Assembly (NCBI GenBank): GCA_964580575.1
Contig: CAZOLJ010000002.1
Coordinates: 31,447-95,446 of the forward strand
Reading direction: 5' to 3'
Source: an uncultured Desulfobacteraceae bacterium
GTDB lineage: Bacteria; Desulfobacterota; DSM-4660; Desulfatiglandales; HGW-15
Length of the DNA stretch: 64,000 nt
Shown: positions 44,526-54,825 of the stretch, piece after piece
Numbering within the stretch: position 1 is the stretch's first letter
How the letters are laid out: the number at the start of each line of letters is the position of its first letter
The notes under the pieces: generated by a model
What the model saw: the letters and a program-made list of their open reading frames with translations, nothing else
Database searches by the model: none
Told to the model about the DNA's origin: nothing
Translations under genes and position numbers: made by a program

Positions 44526-46322
44526 CTAACGGAGTTCCTTGAGTCGGAGTCTGAGATAGGCTTCCTCGGCTTCCTGATGACCCGGGGAAATCTCCACGAT
44601 CTTCCTATAGGTCTCCATCGCCTCTTTCGCGTTGCCCTGGCTTTCCTGGAGACGAGCAAGCTGGAGGAGGAGATTCACATCCTTGGGCTTGAGCGCTGCC
44701 AGCTGGCTGAGCTGCACGGCAGCCTCGTCTTCCCTGCCGAGTTTCAATAGAGCAAAGACCAGGTACTGTCTCAGTTCGACATTCTCCGGCCGGGCCTGAA
44801 CACCGGTTTCCATGATCTCAGCCATCTGTTTGAAATCGTTCCGGCCATTGAGATACTCAAAAACAAAGGGGTAAGGGGCCGGGTCGCCGGCATTCAGAGA
44901 AAGCAGGGCCTTGGCGGTGGCAAAGGCGGAGTCTTCTTTTTTCACTTTCCTGTAAAGATCAAAGTGGAAGCGGAGGGTCTCAGCATCCTTTGGATGATTT
45001 TTCGAGTACTTTTCAAAGTGGGAAAGGCTCTTTGCCCAGTCTCCTGCCTCGTACTCGATGACCGCGAGGTTGTAGAGGACGACTTCGTTGTCGGGAAGAA
45101 GGACATTAGCCCTCTCATAGAGATCCTTCAGCATTTTCTTGTCCCCTCTCTTGTCCGCGATCTGTATAAGCAGCATCAGGGCTCTGAGGGAATCGGGCTT
45201 TCGCCTGAGCACCTCGTCGAGATAGGCTTGTGCCTCATCGAGGGCGCCTTTGTTCAAGAGGCTCTCCGCGAGGTTCAGACGGCTCTCCAAATCTTCAGGC
45301 TGAAGCGCCACCGCTTGGGCCAGGAACTGATTGGCCTTTTCTTTGTCCCCTGCTTTTTCATAGAGGGTGGCGAGGTTGTAATAAAGGTTCACGTCTTTCT
45401 TGTCCAGTTCCGCGGCTTTCAGATAGGAGGCGATGGCCTTGTCCTGATCGGTGGTCTCCGTATAAAGGAACCCGAGAGTCTTGTACACGGCCAGCTTGTC
45501 TTTCGGATCGAGCCGGGGCAGAGCCGTCTCGTATTCCCGGATGGCGTCCGGGAGTTTCTTGGCCTTTTCAAGAGTTCTTGCAAGCCGCAGCCGGAGTTCC
45601 GCATCGTCAGGGGTCTTCCGGAGCAAACGTCTCAAAACGGACACGGCTCCGTCCGAGTCCTTCATGCTCTCGTAGACCTCGTAAAGCTCGAAGAACTTCT
45701 GTTCTTCGGGTTTCTCCTTGACCATCTCTTCGAGGAGTTCCGCGGCCTGAGGCCATTTCGTGACCGCTCGGTACTCCTGGATCAGGCGCTCCCTAATCTT
45801 GTTGTCCTGGGGAGTCAAGTGCCGTGCCTCTTCAAGAAGAGCGATCCGTTTCTCAGGGTCGATGGTCCTTTCGGCTTTGTCGATCCAGTCTTCCACATAC
45901 GGTTCAATCACCAGGTCCACATACCCCAACTCCCTGTTTTTCTCCTTCACCCAAACCCTGACGCTGTGCTTCTGAAGCAAGGTTTCCTTTGGGAAGAGGC
46001 TTGCCAGCTGAATTTTGTCATAGGTCAAGGCTTCGACATCCATGCCGACGGCTGAAAGCCGGACCCCGACGTTGAAGGGGATATTGGTGGACACCGCAAG
46101 AATTCTGACCTGATCCTGGGGATGGAACTGAAGGGTGTCGCCCTTGAGCAGTCTCAAGCGGTCGGCGTTCTTTTCCAAGAGGATGAAGTTGAACTGAGGC
46201 GAGGCGTTGTAAAGGCCGGGCCAGATCCACCAGACAAAGCAAAAAGCGCCCACCACCAGAAGCAGGGTGACCATGAAGGCTTTCCTGTTCCGCTGAGGGC
46301 GCTTGCTTTTTCGTCTCTCCAA
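44526..46322 (-). CDS. Membrane-anchored TPR-repeat protein
   Basis: There is an N-terminal TM (AFMVTLLLVVGAFCFVWWIW) and more than 8 TPR units across the C-terminal 400 aa. It lies immediately downstream of secF. Confidence 0.8.
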   Translation of the reverse strand: MERRKSKRPQRNRKAFMVTLLLVVGAFCFVWWIWPGLYNASPQFNFILLEKNADRLRLLKGDTLQFHPQDQVRILAVSTNIPFNVGVRLSAVGMDVEALTYDKIQLASLFPKETLLQKHSVRVWVKEKNRELGYVDLVIEPYVEDWIDKAERTIDPEKRIALLEEARHLTPQDNKIRERLIQEYRAVTKWPQAAELLEEMVKEKPEEQKFFELYEVYESMKDSDGAVSVLRRLLRKTPDDAELRLRLARTLEKAKKLPDAIREYETALPRLDPKDKLAVYKTLGFLYTETTDQDKAIASYLKAAELDKKDVNLYYNLATLYEKAGDKEKANQFLAQAVALQPEDLESRLNLAESLLNKGALDEAQAYLDEVLRRKPDSLRALMLLIQIADKRGDKKMLKDLYERANVLLPDNEVVLYNLAVIEYEAGDWAKSLSHFEKYSKNHPKDAETLRFHFDLYRKVKKEDSAFATAKALLSLNAGDPAPYPFVFEYLNGRNDFKQMAEIMETGVQARPENVELRQYLVFALLKLGREDEAAVQLSQLAALKPKDVNLLLQLARLQESQGNAKEAMETYRKIVEISPGHQEAEEAYLRLRLKELR

Positions 46323-46325
46323 TTC

Positions 46326-47390
46326 CTAACCTTGGGGCCGGGTGTTCTTGCCGGACTGGGTGATCTTGCCTTCCCAGAGCAGCAAGATGGGACTGGCCAC
46401 AAAAATGGAAGAATAAGTCCCGGTGATAATCCCTATGAGCAAGGCGAATGCAAAATCGTGAATCACGGGGCCGCCGAAGATGAGCAGAACGATCAGGACA
46501 ATAAGCGTCGTGGTGCCGGTGAGGATGGTTCTGCTCAGGGTCTCGTTGATGCTGAGGTTGATGATGTCTTTGAAGGTCATTTTTCGGAAACGGCCCAGGG
46601 TCTCCCGGATCCGGTCGTACACTACGATTTTGTCGTTGATCGAGTACCCGACAATGGTCAGGAGAGCGGCAACGATAGAAAGAGACACTTCGCGGTCCGT
46701 CAGGGCAAAGGCTCCCAATGTGATCAGCACATCAAACAGGAGGGAGACAATAGCAGCCATGGCAAATCTCAGGGTCAGGAACCAGCACAGGGCAACCGTG
46801 ACGAAGAGGGCGATGAAGATCAACCAGATGACACCGACTCCGAAGATCGCCGTGAAGGTGGTGGCCGCAATGAGGCAGCCGGCCATAACGATCGCCATGA
46901 GCCACTTCTGCTCGAAGCGGCCGGAGATGTACACCGCCATGATGAGCAAGGCATAGAAGATGGCGTAAAGGGCTTTTTTCCTCAACTCCTCTCCCACCTG
47001 AGGCCCCACCATCTCGACCTGCCGGATGTCGATCTTCTCTCCGAGTTTTTCGCTCAATGCTTTCTGCGATTTCTCTCCCAGGCCCGCGACCTGGATATCC
47101 GGGTTCGTGGTCCGGATCAAATACTCAAAGGCACCGGCTTCTCCGAATTCCTGAATGATGCTCTCCTCGAGCTCTGTCCCTGCCAGGGCTTCTCTGATTT
47201 CAGCGGGACTGTGTTTTTTCTCCAGTTTGACCTGGACCACGACCCCTCCTGTGAAATCCACACCGTAGTTCGGTCCGCCTCTCACGACGAGAAGGAGGAG
47301 GGTCACCAGGATGCACAATCCTGAAAGGGTGTGAGCGAAATATCTTTTCCCCAAGAAATCGATGTTCAGTTTGGACTTGATAATCTCCAT
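46326..47390 (-). CDS. secF: Protein translocase subunit SecF
   Basis: Motifs are ..GPNYGVDFTGG..V.V.., ..YD.L.TLG.FAL......L..VAALLT..GYS.ND.IV.YDRIRE. Confidence 0.95.
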   Translation of the reverse strand: MEIIKSKLNIDFLGKRYFAHTLSGLCILVTLLLLVVRGGPNYGVDFTGGVVVQVKLEKKHSPAEIREALAGTELEESIIQEFGEAGAFEYLIRTTNPDIQVAGLGEKSQKALSEKLGEKIDIRQVEMVGPQVGEELRKKALYAIFYALLIMAVYISGRFEQKWLMAIVMAGCLIAATTFTAIFGVGVIWLIFIALFVTVALCWFLTLRFAMAAIVSLLFDVLITLGAFALTDREVSLSIVAALLTIVGYSINDKIVVYDRIRETLGRFRKMTFKDIINLSINETLSRTILTGTTTLIVLIVLLIFGGPVIHDFAFALLIGIITGTYSSIFVASPILLLWEGKITQSGKNTRPQG

Positions 47391-47461
47391 TCTATCACTC
47401 CGTATCCGGTCAAACCATTCCTAAACAGAAATCCTCACGCTATCCTTAAGGAGCGGCCCGC

Positions 47462-49057
47462 TCAAATGCTGATCGTCTTGAGTCTCTTGTGGGCATAGAG
47501 GTAATCAAAAACAATTCTCGCCATAAACACAGCCGTGAACACGTTGGACACCAGCCCGATCATCAGGGTCACAGCGAACCCTCTTATGGGCCCGGTTCCG
47601 AATTGGAGCAACACCAGGGCGGCGATCATGGTGGTAATGTTGGAGTCCAGAATCGTCACCACGGCTCTTGAAAACCCCGCTTCCATCGCGGCCCGCGCAG
47701 GCTTCCCCATTCTCAGTTCTTCCCGGATGCGCTCGAAGATGAGCACATTGGCATCCACCGACATGGCAATGGACAAGATGACCCCTGCAATGCCTGGGAG
47801 AGTCAAGGTGGCGCCGAAAAGGGCCAGTCCACCCAAAATGAAGGGAATGTTCAAAAGCAGGACGACGCCGGCGATGATCCCCGAAAGCCGGTAGTAGATG
47901 GCCACCAGGACGATAATGATGCTGAGTCCGATGACCATGGACCTGAAGCCCTGGGTAATCGAATCTTTTCCTAGGGAGGGCCCGACGGTTCTCTCCTCAA
48001 GGATAACCACGGGAGCAGGAAGGGCACCGGCCCTCAAAACAATGGCCAGATCCTTGGCGTCTTCCATGGTGAAAGCACCTGTGATCTGGGCTTTTCCGCC
48101 GGAAATCTTGTCCCTGATCACAGGAGCCGAGTAGACCTTGTCGTCCAGAACAATCGCCAGCCTCTTGCCCACGTTATCCCCGGTAATCCGTTCAAAAACC
48201 CTTGCCCCCCTGGAATCAAAGGAAAGGGAAACATAAGGCTCGCCCATCTGTTCGAGCTGGACCCGGGCATCGGTAATGGATTCTCCCGTAAGGGGGGATC
48301 TCTTCTTCAGAAGATAGGGGACATTCGTTTTTCGGCCTGTCTTCCGATCCACGGCGGTTTCCTGAAGGATTTCGCTTCCGGCAGGCACATTCCCCTTGAG
48401 CGCGTCCTCAAGGCTGTTCTCCTCATCGACGAGCTTGAATTCCAAGCGCGCAGTCTTGCCGATGAGATCAATGGCTCTCTTGGGATCCTTGACACCCGGA
48501 AGCTGGATGAGGATCCGGTGGCCGGTTTGAGGACGGATGTCCGGCTCCGTGACTCCGAACTGATCGACCCGGTTCCGGATGGTCTCAAGGGCCTGATCGG
48601 CCGCCATCTTATAGATCTGGGTCCTTTCCTCTTCGAGCAAGGAAAGAAAATAGGTCTTACCTTTTTCGTCCCTCACGCCGGTTTCCAGTCTGAAGCTCGG
48701 GTAGTTTGTTCCTAGAAGCGTTTCAAGATCCTTTGCTTCCTGATCCGGAGCAACCGTCAGATCGATTCCCTCGATCCCTCGTCGTTTCAAGTCAACAACC
48801 CTGATTTTGGTTTTCCGCAGCTCCGGCTTGAGGTCTTCCACAACCCTTTCCAGATAGCTTTCAACCGCTTTCTTCACCTGCACTTCAAGGATCAGGTGCA
48901 CTCCCCCTTGGAGATCAAGACCCAGATGGATCTTGTCCTTGGGCAGAACCCCAGACCACCAGGCCGGAAGCTCCTGGGTCATGGAAGGAACCATGAACAC
49001 AAATGCAACAACGATCAGTGCTGCGGCTATGCCCGCGCGCAAGCCAAGTCTTTTCAT
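47462..49057 (-). CDS. secD: Protein translocase subunit SecD
   Basis: Motifs are ..I.LGLDLQGG.H..LEV.., ..V.DQFGV.EP.I.., ..LP.P........VGP.LG.DSI and ..DANVLIFERIREE. Confidence 0.95.
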   Translation of the reverse strand: MKRLGLRAGIAAALIVVAFVFMVPSMTQELPAWWSGVLPKDKIHLGLDLQGGVHLILEVQVKKAVESYLERVVEDLKPELRKTKIRVVDLKRRGIEGIDLTVAPDQEAKDLETLLGTNYPSFRLETGVRDEKGKTYFLSLLEEERTQIYKMAADQALETIRNRVDQFGVTEPDIRPQTGHRILIQLPGVKDPKRAIDLIGKTARLEFKLVDEENSLEDALKGNVPAGSEILQETAVDRKTGRKTNVPYLLKKRSPLTGESITDARVQLEQMGEPYVSLSFDSRGARVFERITGDNVGKRLAIVLDDKVYSAPVIRDKISGGKAQITGAFTMEDAKDLAIVLRAGALPAPVVILEERTVGPSLGKDSITQGFRSMVIGLSIIIVLVAIYYRLSGIIAGVVLLLNIPFILGGLALFGATLTLPGIAGVILSIAMSVDANVLIFERIREELRMGKPARAAMEAGFSRAVVTILDSNITTMIAALVLLQFGTGPIRGFAVTLMIGLVSNVFTAVFMARIVFDYLYAHKRLKTISI

Positions 49058-49077
49058 TACGGTCTGCTCCTTCAGCG

Positions 49078-49413
49078 TTATTCCTGCGTAGGCACGGATT
49101 CGTCTCTTTTGAGAATCCCTGCAACGGATCCTCGCGACACCTTCACCCTGATTTTGGGGGCGATCTCCATGGTCACCACATCATCGGCGACCCCGGTGAT
49201 CAGTCCATGAAGCCCTCCGGAGGTGACAATTCGGTCCCCTTTCCTGAGGGAGGACAGCAGCGCCTTGTGCTGTTTCGCCTTTTTCTGCTGGGGCCTGATG
49301 AGCAAAAAATAAAAGATCGCAAACATCAGGATCAGAGGAATAAAGGCGCTCATTCCCCCTGCGTCACCGCCGCCGCCGGTTCCCATGGCATATGCTAAAG
49401 AATCCATCCCCAA
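49078..49413 (-). CDS. yajC: Preprotein translocase subunit YajC
   Basis: ..IPLILMFAIFYFLLIRPQQKK.K.H...L.SL.KGD.IVT.GG..G.I. Confidence 0.9.
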   Translation of the reverse strand: MGMDSLAYAMGTGGGGDAGGMSAFIPLILMFAIFYFLLIRPQQKKAKQHKALLSSLRKGDRIVTSGGLHGLITGVADDVVTMEIAPKIRVKVSRGSVAGILKRDESVPTQE

Positions 49414-49541
49414 CCCTCCTCTTCATTTTCAAATCGGTCTTTCCAGAAAGAATCTTGTCCTTATACCATTGTGATTCGAGCAAAACAACCAAAGAATTAT
49501 TCGTTGATGAACTCGTGAAAAGTCGAAAAACGCTCTTTTCC

Positions 49542-49631
49542 GTCATTGCCGCGGAAGCGGGAATCCGTGCGCCTGGAAAGGTCCTCTGGACTCCCGCTCC
49601 TGCCCGCCTCTGGCGGGTTCACGGGAGTGAC
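49542..49631. repeat. About 90-bp dispersed intergenic repeat (gtcattgccgcggaagcgggaatcc ... cgggagtgac type)
   Basis: The imperfect termini are gtcattgccgcg and cacgggagtgac. Internal hairpins are ccgc-ggaa-gcgg and cccgcc-tct-ggcggg, and the latter 15-mer is identical to 5790-5804. Confidence 0.5.
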
Positions 49632-49658
49632 GACGTTGATGATTTTTTGCCGAATGCA

Positions 49659-50762
49659 TCATTCGCGGGTTCGCTCGACAAAACCTTCGCAAAAGTCCCT
49701 GAAGCGATCCTCCTGAATCGCTTGCCGGACGCCGGTCATGAAGCCCATGTAGTAGTGCAGATTGTGAATCGTGTTCAGCCGGTAAGCCAGAAGTTCCTTG
49801 GCCATGAACAGGTGTCTCAGATAGGCCCTCGAAAAGTGGGTGCAGGTGTAGCAGGAGCAGCCCTCCTCCACCGGCCGATCGTCTTCCGCGTAGCAGGCGT
49901 TCTTGATGGCCAAGGGACCGTGTTTCGTGAAAAGCGCGCCGTTCCTTGCGTTACGAGTGGGCAGGACGCAGTCGAACATGTCGATCCCGGCCGCGACCCC
50001 GTCCAGAATATCTTCGGGTTTGCCGACACCCATGAGATAGCGCGGTTTGTCGGCAGGGAGGAAAGGCACGGTTTGCTGAACGACCCGTCGACGGGTCGCC
50101 CGGTCCTCCCCCACCGAGAGGCCGCCCAGCGCATAGCCGTCAAAACCCATGGCCACAAGCTCCCTGGCGCTCCGCTCTCTCAATTCCGGGACCATTCCTC
50201 CCTGGACAATCCCGAAAAGCGCCTGAGAAACGCCGCGAGTACATTGGAGGCACATGGCGGCCCATTGACTCGTGAGCCGGACCGAATTTCGTACATAGTC
50301 GTAATCCGCAGGATAAGGTGCGCATTCATCAAAGGCCATGATCACGTCCGCGCCCAGAGCCTTCTGGATCTCCATAGCCTCGCGGGGACCGATGAAGTGG
50401 GTGGAACCGTCCACATGGGACTGGAACGTCACCCCTTCTTCAGAGATCTTTCTCAGATTGGAAAGACTGTAGACCTGATAGCCGCCGCTGTCTGTGAGGA
50501 TGGCTCCTTCCCAGCTCATGAAGCGGTGAAGGCCCCCTTGCCGCTCAATCAAACCGTGACCAGGGCGCAGATAGAGATGATAGGTGTTGGCCAGCAGGAT
50601 GCCGACCCCGGACTGCTCCAGGTCCTGCGGAGAAAGGGATTTGACGGATCCCTGGGTTCCGACAGGCATGAACACAGGGGTCTCGAACCGACCGTGAGCC
50701 GTGGTGATTTCACCTCGTCTCGCTCTGCTGGAGGCATATTGATGGGTGACCTTGAATTCCAA
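49659..50762 (-). CDS. tgt: Queuine tRNA-ribosyltransferase
   Basis: Motifs are ..G.F.TPVFMPVGT.G.VK.., ..ILTDSGG.Q.., ..DEC.., ..L.GI.QGG.. and the zinc site CSCYTC......YLRHL. Confidence 0.95.
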   Translation of the reverse strand: MEFKVTHQYASSRARRGEITTAHGRFETPVFMPVGTQGSVKSLSPQDLEQSGVGILLANTYHLYLRPGHGLIERQGGLHRFMSWEGAILTDSGGYQVYSLSNLRKISEEGVTFQSHVDGSTHFIGPREAMEIQKALGADVIMAFDECAPYPADYDYVRNSVRLTSQWAAMCLQCTRGVSQALFGIVQGGMVPELRERSARELVAMGFDGYALGGLSVGEDRATRRRVVQQTVPFLPADKPRYLMGVGKPEDILDGVAAGIDMFDCVLPTRNARNGALFTKHGPLAIKNACYAEDDRPVEEGCSCYTCTHFSRAYLRHLFMAKELLAYRLNTIHNLHYYMGFMTGVRQAIQEDRFRDFCEGFVERTRE

Positions 50763-50839
50763 TCCGCTACCTTCTAAACATTCTTGGTTTCATAGAAAGT
50801 CGTCCGGAATGACGCAGCAGGGCGTTTTTCAGCGACCGG

Positions 50840-51895
50840 CTATTGGATCAGCATGGCATCCCCATAACTGTAAAATCGGTATGCCTTCGAAACAGCCTTC
50901 TGGTAGGCTTTTCTGATCAGGTCCAGCCCTGCGAAGGCAGACACGAGAAAAAGCAGGGAAGAGCGGGGCAGGTGAAAGTTGGTGATCAGGGCATCCACGA
51001 CCCTAAAGGAAAACCCCGGTGTAATGAGCAGATCGGTCTTCCCTCGACCGCTCTTCATCTCTCCCTTGGACCCAGCCGCACTTTCGAGAGTCCTCACGAC
51101 GGTGGTTCCCACGGCGACCACACGCCTGCCTTCCCTCTTCGCACGCTCTATGGCGTGGGCAGTCTCCGGTGGAAGGTCGTATTCTTCATACCCCAGCTGG
51201 TGTTCCCGAATATCCCTGGTTCTGACGGGGCGAAAAGTTCCGTGTCCAACGTGAAGAGTCAAAGGGACCAAGGAAATGCCTGCTTGTTCCAGCCTTGCCA
51301 GCAAGTCTGTGGTGAAATGCAGACTGGCCGTGGGCGCGGCCACAGCGCCCCTTCTCTCGGCAAACACGGTCTGATACCGTTCCCGGTCCAACTCAGAGAG
51401 TCGATCCTTTTCCTTTCGTCTGATGTATGGGGGAAGAGGCATCATCCCCCTGTCTTCGAGAAGCGAATCAATGGACGGAGGTCCTTGAAAGGTGATTTGG
51501 ATCAAGCCGTCTTCTCCCAGGTTTTCAGCGACCCCGGAGAGATTGTTTTCAAAGAACAGGCGACTTCCCTTCGTGGGCCGCTTGGATGATCGGAGGAGGC
51601 ACCAGCGCGTCTCCGGCTTACGGGCCTCCTCGTTGCCATGCTCCAGAACCAGTATCTCAATACGGCCGCCGCTTTCTTTGCGACCGAAGAGCCTGGCCGG
51701 AACCACTCTGGTGTTGTTGACCACCAGGAGGTCGCCGGGCAAGAGCAGGTCAGGAAGGTCAAAAAAGTGCCGGTCGTTGAGAGACTCGGTGGAACGGTCC
51801 GCAACCATGAGGCGAGACTTATCCCGGTCCGTGAGAGGGACCTGAGCGATCAGTTCGTCAGGCAGGCTGTAATCATAGTCTTCAATGTCGAACAT
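50840..51895 (-). CDS. queA: S-adenosylmethionine:tRNA ribosyltransferase-isomerase
   Basis: Motifs are MF.I.DYDY.LP.ELIAQ.P...RD.SRLMV.., ..LPPYI.R....D...YQTV.A...GAVAAPTA.LHFT and ..VG.GTF.PV. Confidence 0.95.
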   Translation of the reverse strand: MFDIEDYDYSLPDELIAQVPLTDRDKSRLMVADRSTESLNDRHFFDLPDLLLPGDLLVVNNTRVVPARLFGRKESGGRIEILVLEHGNEEARKPETRWCLLRSSKRPTKGSRLFFENNLSGVAENLGEDGLIQITFQGPPSIDSLLEDRGMMPLPPYIRRKEKDRLSELDRERYQTVFAERRGAVAAPTASLHFTTDLLARLEQAGISLVPLTLHVGHGTFRPVRTRDIREHQLGYEEYDLPPETAHAIERAKREGRRVVAVGTTVVRTLESAAGSKGEMKSGRGKTDLLITPGFSFRVVDALITNFHLPRSSLLFLVSAFAGLDLIRKAYQKAVSKAYRFYSYGDAMLIQ

Positions 51896-52034
51896 CGATG
51901 CAAAACACCGAGAAAAAACACCTATAGGATATAAGGAACAATGTCAAACGATTTCGTCGGTCCGTTTTTACCTTGATATATGCCCTGATAAAAGCTAAAT
52001 TTTGATGATTTTTGTGAAACAGGAACTTCAAAGA

Positions 52035-53144
52035 ATGAACCGGCTCACCATTGAGCTTTCCGCTCTCGCCCACAATCTCGATCAGGTCAAAGCGATTGTG
52101 GGTGAAAACACCAGGGTCATGGGGGTGGTCAAGGCCGATGCCTATGGGCATGGTCTTGTTGCTGTGGCCAAGACCCTGGAGAAAAAAAAGGTTCACTGCC
52201 TGGGGGTCGCCCATCTCCAGGAAGCCCTGGAGTTGAGAAATCGCGGGGTGTCGCTCTCCATCGTGATTCTGTGCGGAATTCGGACGGCAGAAGAAGCGGA
52301 AGCGGTGGTTCACTACGAGCTGATTCCGACCCTCTTTGATCCCGCTGTGGCGGAAAGGCTTGCGGCGGAGGCTGCAAGGAAGAAGACGATTGCGAGGGCT
52401 TACATCAAGGTGGACACGGGCATGGGACGTCTGGGTCTGCTCTCTTCGGAACTGGGGGCATTCCTGAATCAGGTGACCCGGTTCAAGGCAATCCGAATAG
52501 AAGGCCTGACCTCCCATCTTTCTTCGGCGGACGATGCTGAGCCGGAGTTTACGGAGTGTCAAATCCGCGGCTTCAGGAAGGCGATTGAGACAGGCCGAGC
52601 CATGGGGCTCGATCTCACGCTCAACAACCTGGCGAACAGCGCGGGGTTGATGAGATTCAAGGCCGCGCATTTCGACATGGTGAGACCGGGCATCATGCTC
52701 TACGGCGGCCTCCCATCCCCTGACTTCATTCCTTCGGTGCCGCTCCAGCCGGTCATGCGCTTCAGCGGAGAGGTCATCCAGGTGAGAGACTTTCCGGACC
52801 ACACTCCGGTGAGCTACGGCCGGACCTATTACACGCAGGGGCCCAGGAGGATTGCGGTTCTTTCAGCGGGCTATGGAGAGGGGTTGCCCAGAACTCTGTC
52901 CAACAGGGGCAAGGTGTTGGTCCGTGGGAAAAAGGTGTCTGTCACCGGAAGGGTGTGCATGAATATGACCATGGTGGATGTGACAGGATTGGGGGAGGTG
53001 AGGGCCGGCGATGAAGCGGTCTTCCTGGGAACTCAGCAAGGAGAGCAGATCACCGCCGATGATCTGGCCTCATGGGCGGGAACAATTTCCTACGATATCC
53101 TGTGTTCAGCGGGTCAGCGAAACCCGAAGGAATACGTTCGATGA
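52035..53144 (+). CDS. alr: Alanine racemase
   Basis: Motifs are ..L.IELSAL.HNL.......G....VMGVVKADAYGHG (PLP lysine) and ..VSYG..Y........IAV...GY..G. The start is chosen at MNRLTIE. Confidence 0.9.
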   Translation: MNRLTIELSALAHNLDQVKAIVGENTRVMGVVKADAYGHGLVAVAKTLEKKKVHCLGVAHLQEALELRNRGVSLSIVILCGIRTAEEAEAVVHYELIPTLFDPAVAERLAAEAARKKTIARAYIKVDTGMGRLGLLSSELGAFLNQVTRFKAIRIEGLTSHLSSADDAEPEFTECQIRGFRKAIETGRAMGLDLTLNNLANSAGLMRFKAAHFDMVRPGIMLYGGLPSPDFIPSVPLQPVMRFSGEVIQVRDFPDHTPVSYGRTYYTQGPRRIAVLSAGYGEGLPRTLSNRGKVLVRGKKVSVTGRVCMNMTMVDVTGLGEVRAGDEAVFLGTQQGEQITADDLASWAGTISYDILCSAGQRNPKEYVR

Positions 53145-54817
53145 AAAGAAAGGTGGACAGGCTCCTCAAAGAGGCTCTCAAGAAATGCTTCGAGGCCGGA
53201 AAACTGAAAGAAACCTCTTTGCCCGAATATGTGATCGAAATCCCGAACAACTCGGCCCATGGCGATTTTGCCACCAATCTGCCCCTGGTGCTGGCCTCCT
53301 CACAGAGAAAGCGGCCCAGAGATCTGGCGACCGTGGTCGTGGACCACCTGGAGGACGCAGATCAGCTGATCGAAAAAGTGGAGATTGCCGGACCCGGTTT
53401 CATCAATTTCACGATCGCCCCGCGTCAGTGGCAAAGGCTCCTGGGGGATATCCTGGCTCTGGGGGCCGAATACGGCCGAAGCGCCGCGGGCGCGGGCCAG
53501 AAGGTCCTGGTCGAGTTCGTGAGCGCCAATCCCACCGGGCCCTTGCACCTGGGGCACGGCCGGGGAGCCGCCCTGGGCGACACGCTTTGCAGAATCCTGG
53601 AGTTCACAGGCCACGAGGTCGTGCGGGAGTTCTACATCAATGACGCAGGCCAACAGGTTCGCCTTCTCGGAGAGTCGGTGTACAGCCGCTGGAAGCAGAA
53701 GTCTGATCCTGGACATCCGTTTCCTGAAAACGGTTATCACGCCGAGTACATTGGGGACCTGGCCGGCGAGATCACCGGCCATGTGGATCTGGGAGCCCTA
53801 AACCCCGACGAGGCCATAGCCCGCTGCGCTGAATTCGCCAAAGGCCGCTTGCTCGATGAAATCAAAAAAGACTTGGCGGATTTCCGCGTGGCCTTTGACC
53901 TCTGGTCCAGCGAGAGCGACCTCTACGCCTCCGGGCTCATCGACAAGACCTTGGAGTCGTTGCGGGAGAAGGGGGAACTCTATGAGGAGGAGGGAGCCTT
54001 GTGGATCAAGACCTCCGCCTTCGGGGATGACAAAGACCGGGTGATCCGAAAGAGTGACGGCCAGTACACCTACTTTGCCCCGGACATCGCCTATCACATC
54101 GAAAAGTGGAAACGAGGGTTCACCAAGGCCATCAACATCTGGGGAGCGGACCACCACGGGTATGTTCTGCGAATGAAGGCAGCTCTGAAAACGAACGGGA
54201 TCCGGGACGAGTGGCTCTCCGTGCTCCTCCTCCAGCTCGTGAAACTGTGGAGAGGCGGCGAAGAGGTGAAGATGTCCAAGAGGGCAGGGCTTTACGTGAC
54301 CCTGAAAGAGCTGGTGGAGGAGGTCGGTGTGGATTCGGCACGATTCGTGTTCCTGACCAAGAATCACGATTCCCCTCTGGATTTCGACATTGACCTGGTG
54401 AAGAAACAAGATGCGGACAATCCCGTGTACTACGTCCAGTACGCCCACGCAAGGATCTCCAGCGTTTTCAGGAAGGCGGCCTCTGAAAGCCTTTCCCTGC
54501 CGGGTGCGCCTGAGTCGGTTCTGGAGCGGCTTGCGCTGGATGAGGAGATGGCGCTGATCCGGCTCATGGCCGATTTCCCCAATCTCCTTGAAGACATCAG
54601 CCGGACCCTGGAGCCGCACCGTCTCACTTACTATCTGGCGGAGCTGGCATCGCTTTTTCACAAATATTTCAATCTGGGGAGCAAGGAGTCGGAGAAACGG
54701 ATTGTGGGTGAAGATCAAGCCATGAGCCGGGCCAGGCTGTGCCTGATCGAAGGCCTTCGAATTGTGCTTTCGAACGGGCTGCGTCTTCTCGGCATTCACG
54801 CGCCCCAGAGAATGTGA
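53141..54817 (+). CDS. argS: Arginine--tRNA ligase
   Basis: There is an ATGA overlap with the alr stop. Motifs are ..EFVSANPTGPLHLGHGRGA (HIGH-type) and MSKRAG (KMSKS-type), with a DALR anticodon-binding C-terminus. Confidence 0.95.
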   Translation: MKRKVDRLLKEALKKCFEAGKLKETSLPEYVIEIPNNSAHGDFATNLPLVLASSQRKRPRDLATVVVDHLEDADQLIEKVEIAGPGFINFTIAPRQWQRLLGDILALGAEYGRSAAGAGQKVLVEFVSANPTGPLHLGHGRGAALGDTLCRILEFTGHEVVREFYINDAGQQVRLLGESVYSRWKQKSDPGHPFPENGYHAEYIGDLAGEITGHVDLGALNPDEAIARCAEFAKGRLLDEIKKDLADFRVAFDLWSSESDLYASGLIDKTLESLREKGELYEEEGALWIKTSAFGDDKDRVIRKSDGQYTYFAPDIAYHIEKWKRGFTKAINIWGADHHGYVLRMKAALKTNGIRDEWLSVLLLQLVKLWRGGEEVKMSKRAGLYVTLKELVEEVGVDSARFVFLTKNHDSPLDFDIDLVKKQDADNPVYYVQYAHARISSVFRKAASESLSLPGAPESVLERLALDEEMALIRLMADFPNLLEDISRTLEPHRLTYYLAELASLFHKYFNLGSKESEKRIVGEDQAMSRARLCLIEGLRIVLSNGLRLLGIHAPQRM

Positions 54818-54825
54818 GTTCGGGA

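Noticed and set aside
44964-50777. Long plus-strand ORFs (44964-46055, 46122-47324, 49392-50777)
   Set aside because: They are antisense shadows of the TPR gene, secF and tgt respectively.
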